NCBI RefSeq assembly: GCF_000698785.1 | Contig: NZ_CP007536.1 | Span: forward strand, 150,001-182,000 | Direction of reading: 5' to 3' | DNA from: Nitrososphaera viennensis EN76 | Lineage (GTDB): Archaea > Thermoproteota > Nitrososphaeria > Nitrososphaerales > Nitrososphaeraceae | Length of the DNA stretch: 32,000 nucleotides | Made by a program: the position numbers and the translations under genes | Shown here: positions 15,190 to 23,733 of the stretch, piece by piece | Layout of the letters: the number at the start of each line of letters is the position of its first letter | Numbering within the stretch: the stretch's first letter is position 1 | Notes under the pieces: generated by a model | Told to the model about the DNA's origin: nothing | Databases searched by the model: none | Seen by the model: only the letters and a program-made list of their open reading frames with translations

Positions 15190-16833
15190 TCATACGTATC
15201 GCAATGCGTCTGAATATCCCTTCTCCATCAGTTGCGTGATTGTGTCCGACGAGAAATCAAAGGCTTTGCCGTATATGTCGTTTTTATCGTCAGCTGCAAG
15301 TTCTATTCTTACCACCTTTTCCACGTCGAATCTGCCTCCAAGCAGGTCGCCGTATTTTCTGTCCCTCCCGTCGCGTTTCTTGCTCTTTGCGTCTGCAGCC
15401 CCTAAAAAGTTGCGAATTTCTGTCTCGACCGCATCCTTGCTCCTTGCCTGCTCGATTGCTATTTTGATCAGCTTGTTGGCCAGATCGATGTAATCTGTCA
15501 CAAGGTTTGCAATCTTTTGGTCGTACTTTGTCTTGTCATGGTACAGGATGTCGCCCACTCTGTTCTGTATGCCGTCTGGATCTTTTGGAAAATCGTCTTT
15601 TTCCACAGTCGGGTACAGATCGACAATATACACTTCCAGATCCGGGACCGTTGTTGCAGCTCTTGCTTCTTTTGCTTTTGACATCGCGGCAGCCGCGGTT
15701 AAGGATGCCGTGTTGCTGTGGTTCCTTATTTTGTGCCAGTAATCTCGATGAGCCTGCAACACCTCCCTTAACGGCGTGTTGCTGAGGTAAAAGCCGTCCC
15801 AAAAGTACCTTGTCTCCTTCTTTAAAGTGTCTGCCTTGTTCTGTTCTTCTGTTATCGTGGTTGCCTCGAGATCTGGCGGCCTGTACCTCAGGTGCGATGA
15901 CATGCTCGTCAGCAAATGGTCAATCGAAAGGCCTTGCCCATACTCTATTACGTGCCTGTCCCTTCGCCTGCCGTCTCCTCCAACTGTTTCGTGAGCATAC
16001 TCTGTTTTCCACACGCCGTTTTCCTTCTCATAGCTATCAAACGTCGCCGTGATGGCGTCTTTCACGTCCACGCTCACAAAAAGAAGCCTCGGCTCATTTT
16101 TGTCGTAGCTGGTCTTTATTGGACGCTTTTCGTAATCCCAGTACTTTTTTATCGCCATTGCCAGCGGCGCGTTGCCGTAGCGGACAAGATAGTTGTATGG
16201 ATTGTGGAACCTAAAGTCTGGCTGTATTATCCCCGGGGACAAGACATTCGGCGTTCCCAAGGAAGTAAATGCAAACTGGTACCACGACCAGTAGCGCCTG
16301 AAAGCTTCTTCTGAAGCCAGAGGGCCGAGGTTGTCTGGCCATAGAAAGTAATACGACAGAAACGGCCATTCCTCTCTTGTGCTGGTCGCCGCTTGCAGGT
16401 TTGGCAGTACAAACCTGCCAAAAAAGTCAGCCTGAAATTTCCTCGCGTTTTCCCAAAACTGCCAGCCCCTGCTGAGCCACTTGCTATCCGGCCAGAATAT
16501 CGGCGTGGAAACATCCCGCCAGAAATTGCAGAGCATATCTGAAGCCCCCTCCCACCTTCTCTTCCTGATGACATAGTCTACAATGAGGGCCGCATTGATG
16601 GCCCCTGCCGACGCGCCTGCGACGATGTCAAACAGGTTTCCTTGCTGCCTGCCGTCCCGTCTGTTGCTGTCGTCGTCCAGCGGCGACAATTTTTCTGACA
16701 ATGCCTTGAAAACGCCTGCCTCATACGCACCGAGAGCCCCGCCGCCTTGGAGGATCAGGGCCCTCTGCTTTCTAGGAACGTTATTGTTGCCCGCGTTTTC
16801 CTGCGTGTTGGCCTGACTCTTTTCTGGCTGCAT
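15190..16833 (-). CDS. Patatin-like phospholipase with DUF3734-like C-terminus
   Basis: 547 aa. Oxyanion motif ILQGGGALGAYEAG. Nucleophile elbow G-A-S75-A-G. Catalytic Asp motif FWD346GFYLSNTPL. C-terminal AFDFSSDTITQLMEKGYSDA. Confidence 0.9.
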   Translation of the reverse strand: MQPEKSQANTQENAGNNNVPRKQRALILQGGGALGAYEAGVFKALSEKLSPLDDDSNRRDGRQQGNLFDIVAGASAGAINAALIVDYVIRKRRWEGASDMLCNFWRDVSTPIFWPDSKWLSRGWQFWENARKFQADFFGRFVLPNLQAATSTREEWPFLSYYFLWPDNLGPLASEEAFRRYWSWYQFAFTSLGTPNVLSPGIIQPDFRFHNPYNYLVRYGNAPLAMAIKKYWDYEKRPIKTSYDKNEPRLLFVSVDVKDAITATFDSYEKENGVWKTEYAHETVGGDGRRRDRHVIEYGQGLSIDHLLTSMSSHLRYRPPDLEATTITEEQNKADTLKKETRYFWDGFYLSNTPLREVLQAHRDYWHKIRNHSNTASLTAAAAMSKAKEARAATTVPDLEVYIVDLYPTVEKDDFPKDPDGIQNRVGDILYHDKTKYDQKIANLVTDYIDLANKLIKIAIEQARSKDAVETEIRNFLGAADAKSKKRDGRDRKYGDLLGGRFDVEKVVRIELAADDKNDIYGKAFDFSSDTITQLMEKGYSDALRYV

Positions 16834-16860
16834 GCGTGTTCTTGCTTTTTATTCTGGATC

Positions 16861-16870
16861 GATATATTTT
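16861..16870 (-). promoter_or_regulatory. TATA box of the patatin gene
   Basis: Minus-strand aaaatatatc is centred about 32 nt upstream of the ATG at 16833. Confidence 0.4.
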
Positions 16871-17076
16871 AGATAACCGGTAATAACCAACCATCCGCCC
16901 GCCCGCTAACAATATAGCAAAGACACGGCCAGCGACACAAAATACAAGATGTCCTCCTCGTTTTTGCGGTCGGTCTATTTTTTACTTGCCGCCCCGCAGT
17001 ACTGATCGGTGTTCTCGTAAATGCTCCTATAATCTCGCAGAGAAATCCATAATACAAACGAAATCCCCACGCTTAT

Positions 17077-17436
17077 GTGGCAAGCATTCAGAAGAAAAAC
17101 CTGGATTCGCCAGACGAAACGCGAAATTTTGACAAAGGCAAGATGCAGATAGTGAATGTAGAGGATGTGACTCTTGGCCGCTTTGTACTTGAGCCGGGCT
17201 GGCAGTGGTCAAAGTCAGTCAAACCGCTGGTAAAGACAGACAGTTGCCAGCAGCATCATACAGGCTACATAATCTCTGGAAGGATGAGGGTCAGGATGGA
17301 CAACGGGGCTGAAGCAGAAGCAGGCCCTGGAGACTTTGCGATAATACCGCCGGGTCATGACGCCTGGGTGGTGGGAGACGAGCCCTGCACTGGCATAGAC
17401 TTTACAGGGGCAAAGACGTACGCAAAAAAATCATGA
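17077..17436 (+). CDS. Cupin-domain protein
   Basis: 119 aa. N-terminal NLDSPDETRNFDKGKMQIV plus cupin motifs HHTGYIISGRMRV and GDFAIIPPGHDAWV. GTG start. Confidence 0.8.
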   Translation: MASIQKKNLDSPDETRNFDKGKMQIVNVEDVTLGRFVLEPGWQWSKSVKPLVKTDSCQQHHTGYIISGRMRVRMDNGAEAEAGPGDFAIIPPGHDAWVVGDEPCTGIDFTGAKTYAKKS

Positions 17437-17736
17437 TTAGCCTGTCTTCCTGAGCCGGCTGTCGACCGCGTCCAGGTTTTCTTTCAAGAACTTTTTGTAT
17501 GCAACTAGAATTTTTTTCTGACCTGCCCTTGGGATGCTGTCTATGCTGTCAAGCAGGTATTCCATTTCGTTAGACATGTTGTTGATGTGGTCGTCTATCG
17601 CCACCCTCTCCTCAATAGCAACCGTGACTGAACGCAGCTGGTCTTTAATCGCCTGGGCAGATGACTTTGCTTTTAGGGAAATTTTCTCCAGCTGTTCTTT
17701 GGCGCCAGGGTTTTTGCCTGCTTTCTTTGCAACCAT
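17437..17736 (-). CDS. Hypothetical helical protein (99 aa)
   Basis: ATG start. Coding-like composition. Its stop abuts the cupin stop. Confidence 0.5.
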   Translation of the reverse strand: MVAKKAGKNPGAKEQLEKISLKAKSSAQAIKDQLRSVTVAIEERVAIDDHINNMSNEMEYLLDSIDSIPRAGQKKILVAYKKFLKENLDAVDSRLRKTG

Positions 17737-17841
17737 GTCTTATAAAGTCGCTATCGCATCTAATTAATCTTGAAGTACTGTCTTCTTTCTTGTTGCTTTA
17801 TTAGCTTGCATAGCATATATACCTGACACTGTGCGCCAGCA

Positions 17842-18126
17842 TCAAACGTGATGGGCGTGGCTCTCGTTTAATTCCTCCTGCTCCCTGGCAATTTCCTTGT
17901 CTTGTTCAGTAGATTCTTCATGTAACGTTCCGTGTGCTTCTTTTTCCAGGTGCTGTTTTCTATCTTCATCCGTGTTAAATACGGCTCCGCAAACAAAGCA
18001 CTGGAAATCTGCAGTTATTTTTTCGATGCCGCGGAAACTCTGCCTGGAGTCTGAAGATGCTTCGTCTGCTTTCCGGCTATCCTTGACATTATCATTCCCA
18101 TTCCCTTTTTCTGATCCATCCGTCAT
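17842..18126 (-). CDS. C2H2 zinc-finger protein (one finger) with acidic flanks
   Basis: FQCFVCGAVFNTDEDRKQHLEKEAH fits C-x2-C-x12-H-x5-H. Confidence 0.7.
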   Translation of the reverse strand: MTDGSEKGNGNDNVKDSRKADEASSDSRQSFRGIEKITADFQCFVCGAVFNTDEDRKQHLEKEAHGTLHEESTEQDKEIAREQEELNESHAHHV

Positions 18127-18214
18127 ACTAGATCATAGTTCATTATGGCAGATCGTGACTCATAAAGGCTGTCAATGCATATTCTTTCCTGCCCTCTGCT
18201 AGCCTGCTTGCCGA

Positions 18215-18463
18215 TTACCTTTGGCCGGGTTTCTTGATCTCTGATTCAAGGCATCCTTCGCGTTTGTGCTGGATCTGGACAGCCTTTGCTTCCATCATCG
18301 TATTGCAGAACTGCTTGAGATTATGCCGCTCGCAAATTACCCTGTAGCCCATATACGCGCCTGTGGAATATGTATACGCAATCTTGCTATTTAGCATTGA
18401 CATACAACCCTGTTCTGCAAGTCTCTGGAGGGTGTGCTTCTTGTACTGCTTGCGATGCAGCAA
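18215..18463 (-). CDS. Hypothetical protein (82 aa, internal ATG possible)
   Basis: ORF only. Cys/His-containing, but no clear motif. Confidence 0.3.
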   Translation of the reverse strand: MLHRKQYKKHTLQRLAEQGCMSMLNSKIAYTYSTGAYMGYRVICERHNLKQFCNTMMEAKAVQIQHKREGCLESEIKKPGQR

Positions 18464-18560
18464 CAGCCGTTCCTTCTGTCAAGCAGGCTATGGGCAACAA
18501 AAAATTAGGAAAAGCAGGGTTTGCAGCGATGGCTGCAGAGCCTCTGTTGCTGTTGTTGTT

Positions 18561-19790
18561 TTATTGTGGCAGGACCTGCCGTTCCTTGGCATCCATGTGC
18601 TTCATGACCGCGTCCCGCAATGTCTGCGTAACAACCGGGAGGATCCTGGGGTCGTTTACCCTTGGGATTATGAAGCTCTCTGTCAGGTGCTTGCGGTCGA
18701 CAAGGCTTGCGATTGCAAAGGCCACTGCCACGAGCATGTCTTCGTCCAGGTATCTCGCCCGGAGATCCAGCAAGGCTCGAAGGACAGAGGGGAACACCAC
18801 TGCATTATTGATCTGGTTGGCAAAGTCCGACCTGCCAGTTGCAGCTATCCTTGCCCCCGCGTCCAGAGCGTCAGGGGGAAGTATCTCTGGATCCGGGTTG
18901 CTCAGCGCAAACACGATGGCGTCTTTGTTCATCGTCCCGACCATTTCCTTGCTTATGATGTTCCCCCTGCCCGAGACTCCTATGAACAGGTCTGCCCCGT
19001 TGATGACGTCGCCGATGCCTCCGCGGATTTTTCCAGCGTTGGTCCTTTCGGCTATTTCCTGGCGGTACCTGTTCTTGCTGCTACTGCTACTAACAATGTC
19101 CGCCCTTTCTTTGTATATTGCGCCTTTGCTGTCTGCGACAATGATGTCCCTGCAGCCCGCTTGCTCCAGTATCCTGTATATCCCGTACCCTGCAGAGCCA
19201 GCCCCTGCTATGACGACCTTGATTTTGTCCAGCTTTTTTCCAACCAAGTCCAGCGCGTTTACAAGCGCAGCCAGAGTGATAACAGCAGTCCCGTGCTGGT
19301 CGTCGTGAAACACCGGGATGTCCAGCTCGTTTTTCAGCACCTCTACAATCTCGAGCACCTTTGGGGACTCGATGTCTTCGATGTTGACAGCTCCAAATCC
19401 CGGCTGGATTGCCTTTACAAGCCTGATTATCTCCTGCTTGTCCTGGGTGGCTATGCACAGGGGTATCGCGTTAATGTCTGCCAGCGACTTGAAAAGGACG
19501 GACTTGCCTTCCATGACAGGGATTGCAGCTTCCGGCCCGACATTTCCAAGGCCCAGAACCCTGGTGCCGTCGCAGATTATGGCCACGTTGTTCCATTTTG
19601 AGGTATATTCGTAGGCCAGCTCTTTGTTTCCGCCTATTTCCTTGGATACATAGGCTACTCCCGGCGTGTAAATCAAGCCCAGGGTGCCTTTTTCTTCCTC
19701 GAATATGTTGTCGACAGCAACCCGGTTGCGTATCTCTATCTTGCCCCTGAGCATCCTGTGTAGGTTGATTGCGTCTTCCTTCAATCCCAA
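18561..19790 (-). CDS. NAD(P)-dependent malic enzyme (short, archaeal/bacterial type)
   Basis: 409 aa. LIYTPGVAYVSKEI, FGAVNIEDI, FHDDQHGTAVITLAAL, Rossmann motif VVIAGAGSAGYGI, and FALSNPDPEI. TTG start. Confidence 0.92.
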   Translation of the reverse strand: MGLKEDAINLHRMLRGKIEIRNRVAVDNIFEEEKGTLGLIYTPGVAYVSKEIGGNKELAYEYTSKWNNVAIICDGTRVLGLGNVGPEAAIPVMEGKSVLFKSLADINAIPLCIATQDKQEIIRLVKAIQPGFGAVNIEDIESPKVLEIVEVLKNELDIPVFHDDQHGTAVITLAALVNALDLVGKKLDKIKVVIAGAGSAGYGIYRILEQAGCRDIIVADSKGAIYKERADIVSSSSSKNRYRQEIAERTNAGKIRGGIGDVINGADLFIGVSGRGNIISKEMVGTMNKDAIVFALSNPDPEILPPDALDAGARIAATGRSDFANQINNAVVFPSVLRALLDLRARYLDEDMLVAVAFAIASLVDRKHLTESFIIPRVNDPRILPVVTQTLRDAVMKHMDAKERQVLPQ

Positions 19791-19966
19791 GCGATCTCTT
19801 TACACCGGGATGATAATGTCGCTTCTCGCTCTTATGTCTTGGACAATATATGTGTCTGCGCAGCAATGAAATGCCAGGATTGGCGCGGGTTTTTGAACAA
19901 AATACCCGGCGCTGGCCTAACCATAGTTAAACAATGATTTTATCATAGGTTTGCAACAATCTCTGT

Positions 19967-20257
19967 GTGATCCTGCGCAAGGAGTTCTCATGCGACCAGT
20001 GCGATGCCAAGTTTGAAAATTATGATGACCTGATAAAACACGCCCGGGAAGTGCATCACCATGCGATTGTCCGCTGCCATGACTGTGGCAAAGAGTTCGT
20101 ACATGAAAAGGACAGGCTCCACCATGTCAGAGAAGAGCATGAAAAGAAAGCCCTATCCCGGGCAAACAAGAACCTGCACAAGCACAACGTAAAGAATCCT
20201 GCGCCCCAGGACGAAGTGGACCTGCACAGGAAAACGTTCAGCAGCAATTTTGAATGA
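19967..20257 (+). CDS. C2H2 zinc-finger protein with two fingers
   Basis: FSCDQCDAKFENYDDLIKHAREVH and VRCHDCGKEFVHEKDRLHHVREEH. GTG start. Confidence 0.75.
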   Translation: MILRKEFSCDQCDAKFENYDDLIKHAREVHHHAIVRCHDCGKEFVHEKDRLHHVREEHEKKALSRANKNLHKHNVKNPAPQDEVDLHRKTFSSNFE

Positions 20258-20422
20258 TTCTGTGACTGGCACATGATTTTGCAGCAGAATTAACTTTTGA
20301 AGCGTATAATTATTTAAAAAAAGAGCAGGGCTGTCCGCTCTTTTTTTCCGTCTGGAACCTGCTTGCCAGGCAGTGTGCTTGACCGCACACACACGCAATT
20401 TCGCAGCCCGGGCGGTACTTGC

Positions 20423-21235
20423 TTATGACGCCGCCTGCAGGCCGTACGCCGTCATCAGGCTTGGGTGAATCTTCATGTGCGCTATCTCCATGATCTCCAT
20501 CGGGGACGCCTTGCCTTTGATGGCGCTGGCAAATGCCGGGAACGCGTCGTCAAGCTCCTTCACCGCATTGTCCGTTCCGGAAAGGGCTTCTGGCTTGATC
20601 TGCTGGTACAGCTCTTGCGCCTTCTCTGCAAACGCCTGCGCGCTCTGGTAATCTGGAACGCTTGCGACCGTCGCATTGGCCCGCATATCCGTGTCAGGTG
20701 TACTCATGCTTGACATGTCTGTCATGTTGCCTTCAAAGCCTACTGCTTCGCCATAGTGTTCAAGCGCTTCGTCTACCAGGTTTGCCACCACTGTCGCCTG
20801 GACTGTTGAATTGGTCGCCTGCGACCTTTCAATGCGGACCTGCACGGCCTCATCCAGCAGGTCGCTGACTGCCTGTACGTCCTGTCTTACTTCGTCAGGG
20901 CTGGCGCCTGAATCTATCGCCGTTTTCAGCTGCTCGATGGATAGCGGGAGGTCATTGGCTATCCTCTGGTTCTTTTCTGCTATTTCCTCTATCGTAGAAT
21001 TGGTCAGCGCTTCGGCCGCGTGTTCAATGTGGTGGTTTGCCACTTCCTTGTCTGAAGTACTGTTGCCGGCAAGCAACGTCTCCACCTTTATCTCCTGTAC
21101 CATTGTGAGGAATTCCACGTTTTCATTACCTGCAAACGTGTGTGCGTATGCCCTGCTGACGGAACCAAGGGCAATGGCCGACCCAAGGAGGATCGCAGAG
21201 GCAAAAATGGCCAAAGCCATCGAGATTGTCTTCAT
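20423..21235 (-). CDS. Secreted helical protein, several N-x-S/T sequons (270 aa from ATG 21235)
   Basis: Signal peptide MKTISMALAIFASAILLGSAIALGSVSRAYA. The longer 313-aa ORF extension looks non-coding. Confidence 0.65.
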   Translation of the reverse strand: MKTISMALAIFASAILLGSAIALGSVSRAYAHTFAGNENVEFLTMVQEIKVETLLAGNSTSDKEVANHHIEHAAEALTNSTIEEIAEKNQRIANDLPLSIEQLKTAIDSGASPDEVRQDVQAVSDLLDEAVQVRIERSQATNSTVQATVVANLVDEALEHYGEAVGFEGNMTDMSSMSTPDTDMRANATVASVPDYQSAQAFAEKAQELYQQIKPEALSGTDNAVKELDDAFPAFASAIKGKASPMEIMEIAHMKIHPSLMTAYGLQAAS

Positions 21236-21442
21236 CAGACAAATTTTCTGCTTGATCGGATTAAAGCGTTGTAGTACACGTGACGAACCGTCTAAGCGAT
21301 TAGATGCATCATATAGTATATGCTGCAGGTAGCACCGTCCCGGAGAATGTTCCGGCAGATGCACTTGCTTGCATGACAGGCAAAATTTCTGTAACCCGAG
21401 TTAAACTATTCTTTTATCGCAGCAAGTGTTATTGTGTAACAC

Positions 21443-21742
21443 ATGAAGGTGGAAAATTACGGAGAAAGGGGCCTTGACAACGGCATTGTGCTGAAACTGC
21501 TCTCTGCAATTAATACGGGCTCTGAGAAAAAGCAGCTGGAATCTGCAGCCGGCATTTCAAGCAAGCAGTTGAGCCGGTACCTGCAAGAGTTGATCAAAGG
21601 CGGCCTTGTTGGCTACGACGCTTCAGACGGCACAACGCTCAAAATAACTGAAAAAGGGTCCAGATTCCTGATATCGTACGAGCGCGTTGCTGCATCACAG
21701 ACAAAACACGAACCGCCCAAAGGGCTCTTCGACCTCGAATGA
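21443..21742 (+). CDS. Small winged-helix DNA-binding protein (HTH_45-like), paralogous in architecture to 12576..12851
   Basis: 99 aa. ISSKQLSRYLQELIKGGLVGY...LKITEKGSRFLISY. Confidence 0.7.
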   Translation: MKVENYGERGLDNGIVLKLLSAINTGSEKKQLESAAGISSKQLSRYLQELIKGGLVGYDASDGTTLKITEKGSRFLISYERVAASQTKHEPPKGLFDLE

Positions 21743-21840
21743 CTAGTGCGCTGTTGCGCACATATGTATGTGCACGCAGGCTGATGCAAACAACAACATC
21801 TCTGCCATGTTCCCGCATGGAGTGACGTGTGCGATTATTA

Positions 21841-22068
21841 TTATTTCCGCCTTATGCCCAACGCCATCATCCATCCTCCAAGCGTAACAATCACGATCGG
21901 GAGCATCGAAGTCAGGTACAGGTTGCCGCCGCTATCTGCTATGCCGCAGTTGCCAACGCATTCTGGAGTAACAGGCTGCATACTCACGTACAAAAACAGC
22001 ATAGCTCCTGCTGCCATTATGACTCCGCCCAGCGCGACAAGCTTTGCCTTCATTTCTTTCTTCTGCAT
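21841..22068 (-). CDS. Small two-TM membrane protein (75 aa)
   Basis: LVALGGVIMAAGAMLFLYV and MLPIVIVTLGGWMMALGI, with a CxxxC between them. Confidence 0.5.
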   Translation of the reverse strand: MQKKEMKAKLVALGGVIMAAGAMLFLYVSMQPVTPECVGNCGIADSGGNLYLTSMLPIVIVTLGGWMMALGIRRK

Positions 22069-22144
22069 CCTGTTTTTGGATGGTGGCTTATTTATCGCCT
22101 TGGCTTTTCGAGTAACAATGTTACACGTGGTATAAGAATGCGTA

Positions 22145-22363
22145 TTGGGAATATTACGTCAGGTGGCAGGGTTGAAAGGAGCTCATGCAAAGTGGCTGCA
22201 ATACGCTGGAATAGGTGCCGGCATATCTCTTGCTGGCGGCTTGATTCTTGATATTCCTCTTGCGCAGATAGCGGTGACCATGGCGCTGACGGCCGGTCTT
22301 GTCTTTAGTGGCTTTGCAATGCAGTCGGTTGGCCGCCAGCGCGAAAAGGCAATACGACAATAG
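22145..22363 (+). CDS. Small membrane protein (72 aa)
   Basis: Two hydrophobic segments. TTG start. Ends 3 nt before the next gene. Confidence 0.45.
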   Translation: MGILRQVAGLKGAHAKWLQYAGIGAGISLAGGLILDIPLAQIAVTMALTAGLVFSGFAMQSVGRQREKAIRQ

Positions 22364-22366
22364 CAC

Positions 22367-22858
22367 ATGGCAGCCCTGACACCAATTCGCCTCAACCGTG
22401 GCGTCATACAGTGGTCAGTCATGCTGTATATCGCGCTTGTGGTCCCTGTCAGCCTGCTGCACGAAACAGGCCACGCTTTTGTATGTTCTGCAAGCGGCTT
22501 TGGCTATTCGCTGTGGATAGACGGCATGGGCGGTCACACGGTGTGCGCCGGCGCGCCAGGCGATTCTGTCGCGTACGGCGCGATGGGTGGCGTGTTTGGG
22601 CTGCTTGGAAGCGCTGCAATAATCGGGTTCTGGGCCGTAGCAAAAAGGAGGAAGCACCCTGCGGTGCTGGTTGTCGGCCTTGCCTATGCTGTTGACCAGG
22701 CCGCCAAGTTGATCCTCGAAGGGTTCTTTACCCCGCTCTACGCCTCTGGCGCAACAGACCTTTTCCTGACTGCCCTCCAGCTTGCGTCGTGGATAGGCTT
22801 GACCATCTATTTCGCAAGGACTCCAAGGGCCCAGGCAGTAGCAAGCAGGACAAAGTAG
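22367..22858 (+). CDS. Polytopic membrane protein with an HExxH motif (M50B-like putative Zn metalloprotease)
   Basis: 163 aa. VSLLHETGHAFV lies in the first TM region, followed by several further TM segments. Confidence 0.6.
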   Translation: MAALTPIRLNRGVIQWSVMLYIALVVPVSLLHETGHAFVCSASGFGYSLWIDGMGGHTVCAGAPGDSVAYGAMGGVFGLLGSAAIIGFWAVAKRRKHPAVLVVGLAYAVDQAAKLILEGFFTPLYASGATDLFLTALQLASWIGLTIYFARTPRAQAVASRTK

Positions 22859-22923
22859 CAGCTAATCACGGCATCAGCGTAAACGTCCCTTAAGTAGTGG
22901 CGATGCATTAATAGCTGCGCCAG

Positions 22924-23688
22924 ATGGCAGAAAACGCGCTGGTCGAATCCCTGATGTGGGGATTTGTCTCCAGCTTCTCTTTGCTGCTTGGGGCGGTGAC
23001 TGGGCTTGTGTTTCGCCTGCCAGGAAAGGTCGTTGCAAGCGTGATGGCGTTTGGAAGCGGGGTCCTGGTAGTCGCGCTGACGTTTTCGCTCCTGGGCGAG
23101 GCTTTCCGGTCTTCGCAGGACATCCTGCCTTTGATGGTTGGGTTTGTGGCTGGGGGCTTTGCCTACAATTTTGCCAACCTCGTTCTTGGCAGGGTGACCG
23201 GCGTTCCCCGCAGGAGGCGGCGCCCAAACGTGGAAAAAAGAAGCGCCGATGCCGGGCCTCCGGGACTTGCGCTGCTGGTGGGCTCCCTCATGGACAACAT
23301 ACCGGAAAACATCGCCCTCGGGATCTCTATCGTGGTGGCCGGGGCGGTAAACCCTGTCCTTGCAATCGCCATCTTTCTCTCTAATTATCCTGAGGCCCTT
23401 TCTTCTGTGCAGGGGATGAAGTCCGACGGGATGAGCAGAAAGTTCATACTTGTCAGCTGGTCAGTCGTGGTGGCAGCCGGAACGGCGGCCTCGGCAGTCG
23501 GCGTTGGCCTTCTGGCCGGCTCGGACCCTGCAATAATCTCTTTCTTCCTTTCCTTTGCCTCAGGCGCGATACTCGTCATGCTTATCGAGTCCATGATACC
23601 TGAAGCGTTCCTGGAGGGGGGAAGCCAGATCGGGCTGGCAACGCTTGCAGGATTTGCCCTTGCATTTGTCGTCCACCACTTTCTCTGA
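22924..23688 (+). CDS. ZIP-family divalent metal (Zn/Fe) transporter
   Basis: 254 aa. GSLMDNIPENIALG and FLSNYPEALSS signature helices. About 8 TM segments. Confidence 0.9.
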   Translation: MAENALVESLMWGFVSSFSLLLGAVTGLVFRLPGKVVASVMAFGSGVLVVALTFSLLGEAFRSSQDILPLMVGFVAGGFAYNFANLVLGRVTGVPRRRRRPNVEKRSADAGPPGLALLVGSLMDNIPENIALGISIVVAGAVNPVLAIAIFLSNYPEALSSVQGMKSDGMSRKFILVSWSVVVAAGTAASAVGVGLLAGSDPAIISFFLSFASGAILVMLIESMIPEAFLEGGSQIGLATLAGFALAFVVHHFL

Positions 23689-23733
23689 TGATGATAAAGA
23701 TGGAGAAAAAGAAGAAGCAGGCTCTTGTGGGTT

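Noticed and set aside
15190-16833. Patatin gene as the effector of a CBASS-type operon
   Set aside because: No CD-NTase/cyclase, SAVED, E1/E2/JAB or other sensor gene lies on either side. The neighbours are a small membrane protein and a cupin.
18363-19601. Very long plus-strand ORFs (412 aa and 312 aa) overlapping the malic-enzyme gene
   Set aside because: These are antisense shadows of a gene with unmistakable malic-enzyme motifs on the minus strand. Their products are Cys/Arg/Val-rich with no motif. This is typical of the codon-complement frame.
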